From: Anthoceros angustus
Lineage: Eukaryota > Plantae > Anthocerotophyta
DNA: 64,000 nt
NCBI GenBank assembly: GCA_010909165.1
Contig: MU008158.1
Coordinates: forward strand, 62,001-126,000
Direction of reading: 5' to 3'
The position numbers and the translations under genes were made by a program. The notes beneath the pieces are model-generated. The model did not search any database. It was not told where the DNA came from and saw only the letters and a program-made list of their open reading frames with translations. Of the stretch, positions 12,866-24,354 are shown one piece after another. The stretch's first letter is position 1. The number at the start of each line of letters is the position of its first letter.

Positions 12866-15300
12866 TCAATATACGTGTATATGGCGCACCACCAACATGT
12901 GCCTCGAATGAAGCGACGCGACGTCACTTGGTGACTCTTCGACCAACACCAATGGTTTGTGGTTCCTCCACATCTTCCTACACCTATCCATGACCTCTAT
13001 AACCACTTTCACAGGACCCATGTCAATGCCGGCTACAAAGGTGGGCACCAATTCCCTCTTGTTTGTTGCTAATTGACCATCACCGGTCCACCCATGCACG
13101 GCGACTCCATCGTCCGCAGAAAACATCTCGACCATTTACATTCCCCTCCACAAACGGCCCCCTACCCATAGATCGTACCAACCATTCCTATGTCACTTGC
13201 GCCTACACCCCTTCGCCACCGTCCGACTGACTCCTCTTGCGCTTCAACACCGTTGTCTTTGCTTGACCCTCTTCGCCAAGACCTCCTCGTTCTCCCCGGT
13301 GTGGTCCACCTTCCGTGGGCTGGCACCCACTAGCCTCAATGGCTAGCCCTTCACTCCCGGCCCCATAGGCTGCCAAATCACCACTTCCACAATTACACGG
13401 CAAACGAATAGCATTCAATCTCTCGATCCGGGTTGCCACCCTACTCACGCTTTTGACACGGATCGTGTGATACGCCTTGTCGGTGGCACTGCCATCACAC
13501 CTCCAGGATCCCCACCATCCACGTTGCCTCCGGCATCACTTGACGGTGACGCTCCCCTGTTTGGCACCTTCCCTCCATCTTCCTTCTCTCCACTGGGTTC
13601 TGTGCCTTCCTTCACGACCTGGCCTTCACCTTCCACCAGTTTTCCCTTCCCCTTCTTCCCTGCAGTCATGCACACGCATCACTTACAGCTCACGTCCTAC
13701 ATAGCGAAACCTACATATCACAACCAAGCATTCCATTAACCGTCAACGACTATTTTACCACTCCAGTACTCCGGCATGCTGTCCAATCCATGCCTTGCTG
13801 CCCACTTCAACTCATCCAGGGTTGCGCTCCCTCCCCAGCGTTGGACATACCGTTTCTCGAACTCCTTTGCTCCTACTGGACCAAAGGGATTCGTCCCATG
13901 CTCGTGCTTGGCAAGTCTTGCCGACGTTGCGGCAGCTTGCTGTGGTGTTGGCCACACACCACCATGCTTCTACAACGTCACCACGGCTTGCTCCACAGCC
14001 TTTCTCCATGCCTTCGTGCTCACATTAGGCGGATGCAGCCATTTTGCATCCTTCCCCTTCTCCCTCCAGAATTGTGCTTCGCACCTTCTTGCCCACATTG
14101 TGGTTCCTTGTCCGCGATGCACCGCAAACCCGCCACAATATCCTCGCGCTCTATACTTGGAAACTCATACTCTACCTTCCTCACCAGTCTTTCTCGCAAA
14201 CTCTCGTGGCTCGACCATGGCATCATCAGCTCCATTTTTGCGCACACTAGCTCCAACACACGTTGGTGGAAGGCCTTCCTCACCCGTCCTTCCTCATCGG
14301 ACGACTCTTCATCCGCCTCCTCATTCTCTACCCACCCTCCATCGCATAACCGGCTCACAGCCATGTACACTCCACCACGCCCATGTAGCCTGCACAACAC
14401 GGCTATGACATCGTCTAATGGCTTACCAGCCAGGTGCTCCGTCAATTCTCCAATTTCATGTGGTGGCAATGTAGTCGGCATGTCTTCCTCAACCTCAGCA
14501 TCCGCCATCTCCACATCTTCCTCCTCGCTCCTCTCCCCATCCTCGCCACGGTGTCCTCCTCCTCACCGCCCTCCTCACCATCATAGGCATGCTCCTTGGC
14601 CCTCCTCCGCAACTGCCCACCAGCAGACTCCACTCCACCGCAGGAGTTTCCTCCCCTCCAAAGGCTCCCTCCTGCCACGTTTTTGGGGGTTGTCCATCGC
14701 CACCGAGCAGAAGGTCCACAAAACCTATGCCATCTCTCTCGGCAGCCACACGGTCAGCCTCTTGTGCAGCACCACCATGCTCCTCAAGTTGGACACAGCC
14801 CTCTTGCTCCAGAATCACGCCAATTTCCTCGTTCCCTCCGGATGTCGCGCCTGAGATCCCTCCTCAGCGGCTTTGGAATCTCTCCTGCAGGAAATGTGGC
14901 GTTAGCTCCCACCTGGAGACACCACCCACTTCCGGCCGCTCGAGCATCGCCTCCCTCGCAGACTCCACTCAGATGGTGTTCCTCGCACCTCCTCCTCTCT
15001 CGCCGCTTCCGCCACGCCATGAGCATCCACCCTCTCTTGTGGAATCGGCTTCTCCACGACGCGCCCACCTCACTTGCCGCGCTTCCACCATCCCCCGTGC
15101 TTCCATCCGTGGGCCGCACTCGCGCCAAGTCCCTTGTGGACCATTCTCCCCTCCACCACCATGCTCCTTGGCCCTCCTCACCGCCTCCTCACCGCCCTCC
15201 TTCCACGCGCAGGGCACCACATCCACGGCCGGATTGTGTTTGTTCCGTGCTTCCACCACCCAAATCCTCAAAGTCAACGTCCCAAACCATGGTCCCCGAG
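12866..15300 (-). pseudogene. Frameshifted CACTA ORF2-like gene in the left arm of the inner CACTA
   Basis: Minus-strand fragments 14020..14514, 13736..13957 (TNPFGPVGAKEFEKRYVQRWG, similar to YAHFGNGGFVKFTNRFYQLFG in the outer CACTA), 13445..13675 and 12866..13135. Confidence 0.45.
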
Positions 15301-18000
15301 GCCAAGACATGGTCTGCGAATGAGGAACATTTGTCCTCAAATGACCATACATAATGGGAATGTATTGTCCTTGGACCACCGAATGAACAATGCCTGTCCG
15401 CGATCACAAAATGATCTTCCATAATGGGAAACATTTGTCCTTGGCTCAAATGGTCATCCTCCAAAAATTGACTGAGCAAGACATGGTCGAGAGGAACATT
15501 GTCCTTGGGTCACGAAATGACCATACATAGGGAATGTTTTGTCCTTGGACCACAAATGGTAATGAACAATGGCAATAATTGTCCGTCGATCACAAAATGA
15601 TCTTCCATAATAAACATTTGTCCCAAATGGTCATCGAATGGCCAAAATTGACCGAGGCCAAGACATGGTCAGGCGAATGAGGAAGTCCTCACAAAATGAC
15701 CATACATAACGGAATGGTCCTTGGATTAAAATGGTAATGAACAATGGCAAAGTGATCACAAAATGATCTTCCATAATGGGCATTTGTCGGCAAATGGTCA
15801 TCGAATGGCCAAAATTGACCGAGGCCAAGACATGGCCATGACGAATGAGGAACATTTGTCCGGGTCACAAAATGACCATACATAACGGAATGTCCTTGGA
15901 CCACGAAATGCATGATCAATGGGAAACTTCAGCGGATATGGTAATCCATAATGGGCTAAATTTGTCCTTGGCTTACGCATCAAACGGGATGCCTATATAT
16001 GCCAATCATGCATGGATGCCATATGTACGCATGGTGTGGTGGACAACGCCAAGTTGGGTGTTTTAGGCATGTAATGCCACATGTGCAATATAGGTGGTGG
16101 CGCAAACTCGGAGTTTGCCCGTGGCTCGGCATGTGCACATGAGCGGTGGCATGCCTAGGACTCTTGCCCTCGCCTTTCTCCTCTTGCCCCTCTTCCCCAA
16201 GGTGGTTACCTCACCTCCCTTGTCGGCCATCGTCACTTCGCAGTTCTTGTTCACTTTATCGCGGTTATCGGTTGTGCATGCGCAGGTGACACGGTTGGCC
16301 TTCAATTTTTGGCCATTCTGGATGGCCATTTCGAAAGCCAAGGACAAATGTTTCCCATTATCATTTTGTGATCGACGGACAATTATTTACCATTGTTCAT
16401 TACCGTTTCGTGGTCCAAGGACAATACATTCCCATTATGTATGGTCATTTCGTGACCCAAGGACAAATGTTCCTCATTCGTCATGACCATGTCTTGGCCT
16501 CAAGTCAATTTTTGGCCATTCTGGATGACCATTTGGAGAGCCAAGGACAAAATTTGCCCTTTGTAGATTACCATTTCGTGACACAAGGACAAATGATTCC
16601 CTGTGTACACGAGCATTCCTTCCTCCAATAAGACAATTTTGCATTTAATCATCCCTGGCCAAGGACAAGTGTTCGCAATGCCATTTCGTCAGGTAATGCC
16701 CACGATGTGGCATGCCATTTCAAGGCAATACCGACTTAGAACCCGCCATGCTCCACGGACCATGCATGTGTTAATTTGCTATTTTTATGCTTTGCCCGTT
16801 CGCATACCACATTGCCTGGATCCAGCGATGCGACGATGTCGCGACCACATTCCGAGTAACCGTGGTGATGGTATGACGGTGGCCATGGCCATTTCAAAGC
16901 CAAGGACAAATGTTTCCATTATCATTTTGTGATCGACGGACAATTATTTACCATTGTTCATTACTTATGTGGTCCAAGGACAATACATTCCCATCATGCA
17001 TGGTCATTTCGTGACCCAAGGACAAATGTTCCTCATTCACATGACCATGTCTTGCCTCAAGTCAATTTTGGCCATTCGGATGACCATTTGGAGAGCCAAG
17101 GACAAAATTTGCCCTTTGTAGATTACCATTTGTGACACAAGGACAAATGATTCCGTGTACCATTCCTCCAATAAGACAATTTTGCATTTAATCATCCCCT
17201 TTGGACCCAAGGACAAGTGTTCGCAATGCCATTTCGTCAGGTAATGCCCACGGATGTGGCATGCCATTTCAAGGCAATACCGACTTAGAACCCATGCTCC
17301 ACGGACCATGCATGTGTTAATTTGCTATTTTTATGCTTTGCCCGTTCGCATACCACATTGCCTGGATCCAGCGATGCGACGATGTCGCGACCACATTCCG
17401 AGTAACCGTGGTGGCGGTATGGCGGTGGCCATGGCCATTTCAAAGCCAAGGACAAATGTTTCCATTATCATTTTGTGATCGACGGACAATTATTTACCAT
17501 TGTTCATTACTTATGTGGTCCAAGGACAATACATTCCCATCATGCATGGTCATTTCGTGACCCAAGGACAAATGTTCCTCATTCACATGACCATGTCTTG
17601 CCTCATGTCAATTTTGGCCATTCGGATGACCATTTGGAGAGCCAAGGACATTTGCCCTTTGTAGATTACCATTTCGTGACACAAGGACAAATGATTCCCT
17701 GTGTAGACGAGCATTCCTTCCTCCAATAAGACAATTTTGCATTTAATCATCCCCTATTGACCCAAGGACAAGTGTGTAATGCCATTTCGTCTGGTAATGC
17801 CCAGATGTGGCATGCCATTTCAAGGGCAATACCGACTTAGAACCCGCCATGCTCCACGGACCATGCATGTGTTAATTTGCTATTTTTATGCTTTGCCCCT
17901 GCTTCTGATACCACATTGCCTACCGATCCAGCCCGCGATGCGACGATGTCCGCGACCACATTCCAGGTAACCCCGTGGTGATGGTATGACGGTGGCCATG
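15290..18000. repeat. Compound repeat: ~180-bp tandem units (15290-15975) facing inverted copies embedded in three ~550-bp tandem units (16325-18000); core motif CCAAGGACAAATG
   Basis: GAGGCCAAGACATGGTC..GAATGAGGAACATTTGTCC on the left is reverse-complementary to GGACAAATGTTCCTCATTC..GACCATGTCTTGGCCTC on the right. Units start at ~16325, 16887 and 17433. Confidence 0.9.
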
Positions 18001-19990
18001 GTGTGTGGGGAGTGGTGGTGCCGGCATGGGGGCGGCGCGGGGCGGTGGGGGAGGGAGGAAAGAGGAGAGAGGAGGGAGACTTCGTGGCGTGCCATGTCAC
18101 CTAGGCTTGCCATGGCGCCTTCACCGCGCGCTACTTCTTGTATGTGCAGAAACCCTTCCGTGTCAACGTATGCCATTCCTCCATGCATGCCATGTATGGT
18201 CCCATATTTTGTAGGCCATGACAATGTCATGGCCTTCGTACAACCTGCCATGAACCAAGGACAATGGCTCCCTTTCTCTCGCATAAACTTGTCTTCTCCA
18301 CCGTTGTCCAAGAAAGGTGTGTTGAAGCCATTAGAATATTTGAAAAGCGTGGCATGGTAGAAAACATGCCATGTCCGGTCGTGCATTGACGACGCGCCTG
18401 CTCTCTGCTTCGCATCCGCTTCTTCTACACCATTGTGCAAGGACGAGGTGGCACGTGAGAGCCATTCAAGCAAACTAAATGCCCCCATTCATTATGCCAT
18501 GAATGAAGGACCGTCCGTATGTGAATTTGCCATATACATGCCAATTCCCGTTCTCCCATATAATGATGTGCATCGCTCGAGACTCCTGCCAGTCCACCAA
18601 TCAAACGCGCCACATGGCGTAACGTGTCATGTATTCACACCTTCCGGCAGACGCCAGGTGACGGCCGACGCCACTCGCCGCACGCCGCAAAGGATATCCG
18701 GACCTTGGGAGACATGACATGTACTGCAGGCGCTTGTTTGCCCCCGGCGCGCCACCTGCACCCTCCATGAATTTACCGCCAACCGTCACTGTTCGACGAC
18801 GGCTGCCATGAGAGCCTGCCATGTCTGCTTTCTCACATGTAAGGAATGGCTGAAATTCAAGATCCTCTCATCCGCAACCCGATGTGGCTTGGGGAACAAG
18901 AGGCTGCCTAAGGTCGTGGTGTTCCGCTTTAAATGTCACCACCTTGCCCCTCGCTTCACGCTACTACCTTTGTTTTGGTCATCTTCGCATCTGAGGGCGA
19001 GCCTGTCTTCCCGGAAACACGCCCGCCGCTCTACCTTGTGCCATCTATGACGGACATGTGCAAGTATGCCGCAACGAAGCTTCCGCCGGCCACCGTGGTA
19101 TCCATCGGTAGCTCGCAAAGACGAGGCGTGTGTGCATGTCTCCATCTTCAGCCGCCTAACCGGAAATACCGTGATGGCCATCAAGGATCATATGGGAATG
19201 TTGGGGCGCGGTGTCCCGCCCTTCACGGCGTGAGTCGCTCTTGCTATCCCCTCACGCGCCTTGCCGTCGGTGGCGAGGTGGTTCCTTCTCAGCGAGGTGG
19301 TCCTTCTACCGTGCGGCATGGTGTTCGTGACGACACGGTATGGATTGGGGCTCCGAGGCGCCGCATGTGAACACTTTTTGTTTGGCCCTTTTCTCCAACC
19401 TGCAAGTCCATGCCTGCAGTGTGAAGTGTTTGTGGAATCCGCATTTGTCGAACCCGCAACATTCCGCTCCCTCACCCGTGTCTGTTTGTGGATCATTGCA
19501 GAAGTGTTTGCACATCGTTGTTGCCTGGTGCTGAAACCGACGATGGCCATCAAGGACGAGGGCTGCAGTTCCCTGTCAATGACGATGGCCATCAAGGATG
19601 ATGGACGGGAGGTTGCTCTCCTCTTGTCGGCCATCAAGGACCTGGTATGGAGTGCCGCCTTGGCTCTTGCTGCTCGGATCACGGCAGCCGTCGGTGACTA
19701 GGGACGGTTTATACCTCACAATGTGGGGTATATGATTACCGTAATTAAACTGGGATGGGAAAGTCCTTCTTCTTTGATCACTACGTGTACTTCTCATGTC
19801 ACCCAATAAAACTCGATGACCTGTCCCGCTGGCGGAATGGATGGGTATGGTTTGGTGCTCATCATACCGCTGACCGTATGACAAGTCACCGTTTGCGCAC
19901 GTCCCTTCCGAGTCACGCGTAATAAACAAAGTATGGTGATTGGTGCTATAGCCTATTGTCTCCTCCCTCCTTGATGCACAAGGCATTCTC
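17990..19990 (-). pseudogene. Degenerate accessory gene of the inner CACTA with a candidate PHD-type zinc finger
   Basis: 19306..19515 reads CKHFC-x12-CCGFDKCGFHKHF...KVFTC, and an adjacent frame gives HC. Further coding-like frames at 18936..19184 and 17886..18488. Confidence 0.35.
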
Positions 19991-22743
19991 TAGATTCCGG
20001 TGCATTGCATACCGCGATGGAGAGAATTGGCAAGGATTGCGGTGGCGCTCGCAAGCCTCGGAAGTTGAAGGCGAAAGGGAGATTGAGAGAGAAGGGTAAG
20101 GCAGATGTACACGCCACCCTCCCCGCAGGGACCGAACCGGCCCCGGGTGATGCGAAGGGAAAGAGGAAAGTGGAGGAGCAATCGCCTGTGGCGGCGACGG
20201 CATCCGGAGCGCTCGACGGAGTGCCAGCAGTCCAAGCCGCATTTCCTCCATGGGAAGAAGAGGCGAACCGCATTCCGGAGCTACAATTTCTCTGAGGCCA
20301 TCAGTACTACTTGGCCGTTCACGGCGTACCGTTCGGGTCGTCGTAGTATGGGGTCCGTTCCCAAGAGAATAGTTTTTCCCCGTCGCTTGCGAATGCTCTC
20401 TCGCTGTTTTACTTCCACGATCGTGAACCCCACACTTTCACTACTACGCCCGCATTACTTTCGGACAACCACTCTTCCAAAGACTTCACGACTACTCTAA
20501 CGGGGTCCGCCCGTTGCCAACAATGTATTTGAACGTTTATCAGGACTCGTCCTTGTCCTGTCCCTTCGTACCCCTCAGTTGTCACCTTCTTCTCGCCTCT
20601 TACCTATATCTAACTCCCACATCCGGGAGTACCTGTGCGGTTGCGTGTAGAGGGGGTCCAGCCTCCCGTGGTTGCGTCCATCACCACACCCGCCACGCGC
20701 CTTCACCATCGGGCCGGGTTAATTAGCAGTACTCCGGTCCGCTGGGAGTCGGAATTTCACTCTGAACGAACAAGAATCCCGAGCTCTCTTCACCTGCACC
20801 CACCACCACACGTTAGAGGTTCGCCACCAGAACCCAGATCAACCTCCTCGGAGTAGTCCGCCCGCTAGGTGGCTCGGGTCTCGCGTGCTAGTAATGCTCA
20901 AAGGTCAAAACATAGGATGCGGCATCAACTCCCAAAGAAAGATCACTTTACTGGATGGCAGCCCTCCCCCTTATACTCCTCCGGAGGAGGTGCCCTTGTT
21001 ACACCCTAAATCCGGTTTACCGCCAGCTCACAACACATGCGCAAGTGGCCGCGGTTCCCGGTGTGACCCCACCTACAACCCTACCTACGCCTCCGACGAT
21101 GCGGCTGAAGTTGATTGTGATCAACTTCGGCCGTTGTTGGACCAATCCCCAGCCCTGGCGCTTGGGGTGCACCCAATCGGATGATTCTCGTCCCCCTTAA
21201 TCCCGCGGGGCCCCCTCTCCGGCGCCTGGGTTTGTCAGGTTGCGCCACTGGGGGTGGACTGACAACCGCGGTGACCACCAAGTCATCATCCCCGCTGTCC
21301 TCTGGCGCTCTGGACGACGCTTGGTGTGGAACGCAAAAGTTTGGGCAACCAGTCCAAAAGAGCCAGAAGGCAAACAAGTTCTTTGGCTAAAAATGATTGA
21401 AGAGGAGCATGTCAAGAAATTTTCTGAGAACCTTGAAGCTGAAGTTGTAGGATATTGTTAGGAAGTTGAAGAAGATATCCCAGGACAAAGAACGGGTCAA
21501 AACGACCTCAGCGGCGTAATGGCAACCAAAGGGCGGTAGGTCGACTATCATCGAGGTCGCCACACTACGCCGGGAGAGCGTAAAGGTGGTGCGACTACCG
21601 CGTAGGGGGCGGGATCTCGCCGGGAAAAGCAATGAATATAGGGGATATCCACTATATATGCTCATCAATAGGGAATAAATATATAGGTTAATTAGGGTAG
21701 CGGCTAGAATAGAAAAATAGGCGCTTTAGATAGGATTAGGATTTTGTAAATGATGAACCAAATCTAGGGTTGTGCACCTCCGTGTGGCATCCAAAGAAGG
21801 CAAAGTGTAGTTTGGGCGCCAACTTCCTCTTCGAATGAGGCCCCTCACTACGAAAAGACCGAGACCTGGAGCCGGAGCGTAAGGGAAGCGCGAGAAAGAG
21901 CAGCGGTAGTGCATTACCGCGGTAGGTGGCGGGATCTCGGCCAGGAAAAGCAATGAATATAGGGGGATATCCACTATATATGCTCATCAATAGGGGAATA
22001 AATATATAGGTTAATTAGGGGTAGCGGCTAGAATAGAAAAGATAGGCAGTTTAGATAGGATTAGGATTTTGTAAATGATGAACCAAATCTAGGGTTGTGC
22101 AGCCTCCAGGTGGCAGTCATCCAAAGAAGGCAAAGTGCAGTTTGGGGCAGCGCCAACTTCCTCTTCGAGCTGAGGCGTCCTCACTTCACGAAAGACTGAG
22201 ACTGGAGCTGGAGCGTAAGGGAAGCGCGAGAAAGAGAAGAAAAGGAAGCTGCCATTGCCGTCGTCGCTGCGACTTGTGAGCAAGAGGAGGGCGGCGCGCG
22301 AACGAGAGGAAACCCTAGGCGAAGGAGAGAGGAGGCAGACTCGAGCGCTCCAGAACACCAACGGGTGTTTCGGACCCGGTGAAACTGTGAAGGAGCGCGA
22401 GTGCTGGAATTTGTCAAGGGCGGGAGCCACGAAGTCGAGGAGCCTAGCGCGGTGTGAGATTGAAGAGATTGAAGACGCGAGGTGGAGCAAATTGTGAACG
22501 GAGAAAAGAGGAAACGCGCTCACCTGCCGGCGGCGCCTTGCCCTGGGAGGAGAAATCGCGAGGGGGAAATTAGCAGCAGCTAGAAGGCTCAAGCCAGGGC
22601 TAACGTGTACTTGTGCCTCAGGTTGGGTATTGCTGCTAGTGACAAGGAAGGGGAGTGTTTGGGAGTAAAGCTTTGGAGCCCACAGCGCCTGGAATTGGAG
22701 AGTAATTCTCTTCGTTAGAAGCGTTGGAAGTGAGAAAGGTGCC

Positions 22744-24024
22744 ATGCCACGCGCTGGGAAGAGCAAGGGGAAGGAGCCACTTGCCAAAGGTTCCTCCTCG
22801 AGAGGAGGAAAGGGCCAAAAGCCAACAGCAGGCGCTACGCCGCCAGGAGGAGGCGAGCTTATAATGCCCCAATTCACTTGTTTTGCAGGGCAGCTTAACC
22901 CCCGCGATTTGGTTGATTTTCGGCAATGGGCAGAGGAGGATAACATCCAATTGGGATGGGTGTATGGCCGCCAATGGGCCTACACCAATTTAGAGTTGAT
23001 TGAGGAGTGCTTCATCAATCTCCATCAATCAGAGGCAGCCCTTGCCGCGTTACCGGAAAGGAATGCTCGAACGGATCCTCGCTGCTGGACCGTAAGGAGC
23101 ATTCGACAGGTGTATGGGAGACCGGAGGAGGAAAGCTCAGGAATTGCTCTCCTCGAAAGGTCGAATGGAGGAAAGAGGACGGCCCTCTCCGAAATTCCGC
23201 AAGAGCTCCTCGACATGATGGACGGAGGAGTGAAGGCCCATGCCAAGAATGGCTGGAAAACAGAGAGCATCAAGGAGCTGAAGTGGAGGCTCTTTGCGAA
23301 GATTGTGCTGGGGTTGGTGAATTACCAAAGGACTTCTTATTTCAGCACCAACTTCCTCCAGTTTTTGTGGAAGATTTCCATGGAGCCAAAGGATTGGGGA
23401 ACAATTATGTATGAAGCATACATCCACCGGGAGAAGCTCCTCGTATTCGTGGATGAAGAAGGGCCCAGGCCTTGCTACCTTAGCACCTATTTGGTGCATT
23501 TGTGGGAAACGGAGGGACTCCTCACAAGCAAGGAGTTGGAAGATGCTTGGCATCCTTCGGAGATAATCCATCTCCAGCCAAGCTTGGAAAGGCCCTTGCC
23601 TTTTGCATTGAGGAAGACAGTGGGAGGTCAGACCTCCACAAGCATGCTAGGAGCAAGGGCGGAGGATGTAGAGGCAACAAGGTTGCCGGAGTGGGAATCT
23701 TTTCCCCCACAAGAGCAAGGAGGAGGAGAGGAACAGGAACCGGCCGAGGAAGGCCGAATGGTAGTCTATGAGAGGAGGACTACCACAGGAGGGGTGACAG
23801 CCCCAAGGGTGGGGGGAGTCCCCACCATCTCGCCTAGCAGAGGCACCCTGCAGCCTCACTCCCTAGGGGAGGCACCACCCTGTGAGGGTGCATCACTGGG
23901 GAGTCACCACCACCAGGGTAGGCGCACAGGGGGGGAGCCTCACCGCGGTAGGCAAGCACCCCACGGTAGGGAAAGCAGCCACGGTGTAGGGAAGGGAAAG
24001 AGCGTGGCCATGGGCGGCGCCTAG
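22744..24024 (+). CDS. E3 protein, N-terminal conserved domain (resembles extra-ORF proteins of plant Ty3/gypsy elements); coiled-coil continuation at 29719-30419 and after 44714
   Basis: 426-aa ORF with WAYTNLELIEEC, WTVRSIRQVYG, KNGW, KDWG and CYLSTYLVHLW motifs shared with the ORFs of E1, E2 and E4. Family assignment is by eye. Confidence 0.65.
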   Translation: MPRAGKSKGKEPLAKGSSSRGGKGQKPTAGATPPGGGELIMPQFTCFAGQLNPRDLVDFRQWAEEDNIQLGWVYGRQWAYTNLELIEECFINLHQSEAALAALPERNARTDPRCWTVRSIRQVYGRPEEESSGIALLERSNGGKRTALSEIPQELLDMMDGGVKAHAKNGWKTESIKELKWRLFAKIVLGLVNYQRTSYFSTNFLQFLWKISMEPKDWGTIMYEAYIHREKLLVFVDEEGPRPCYLSTYLVHLWETEGLLTSKELEDAWHPSEIIHLQPSLERPLPFALRKTVGGQTSTSMLGARAEDVEATRLPEWESFPPQEQGGGEEQEPAEEGRMVVYERRTTTGGVTAPRVGGVPTISPSRGTLQPHSLGEAPPCEGASLGSHHHQGRRTGGEPHRGRQAPHGRESSHGVGKGKSVAMGGA

Positions 24025-24354
24025 GCCACCACTACCCGCGCTTGGAGGAAGGGCGGATGGGGCGACCGTGAGGGGACCTCAAGCGTGATGGCCGCGAATG
24101 CAAGGGAGCTGAGATTTCAAAGACCAACAAAGGCAATTTGGGCCCTTAGGAGACTTGCTGAGTGCTTGTGAAGCACTCAGCCATGTGGATTTGAAGGGGG
24201 CTAGGGAGCTAGCAGCCTCCTTGTGGGCATGTCAGGAGGAAGTCAAAGCCCAAGAAATGACGGAGAGAGAGCAGGACTAAATGGCAATTGGAGGCCATGG
24301 AGTCCGATGAGAAGGCAACAAGCCGAGAAGGCATGGAAAAACTCCAGCGATCAG

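Noticed and set aside
13776-15424. Long plus-strand ORFs (e.g. 13790..14854, 354 aa)
   Set aside because: Ser/Pro-rich shadow frames antisense to the purine-rich minus-strand gene.
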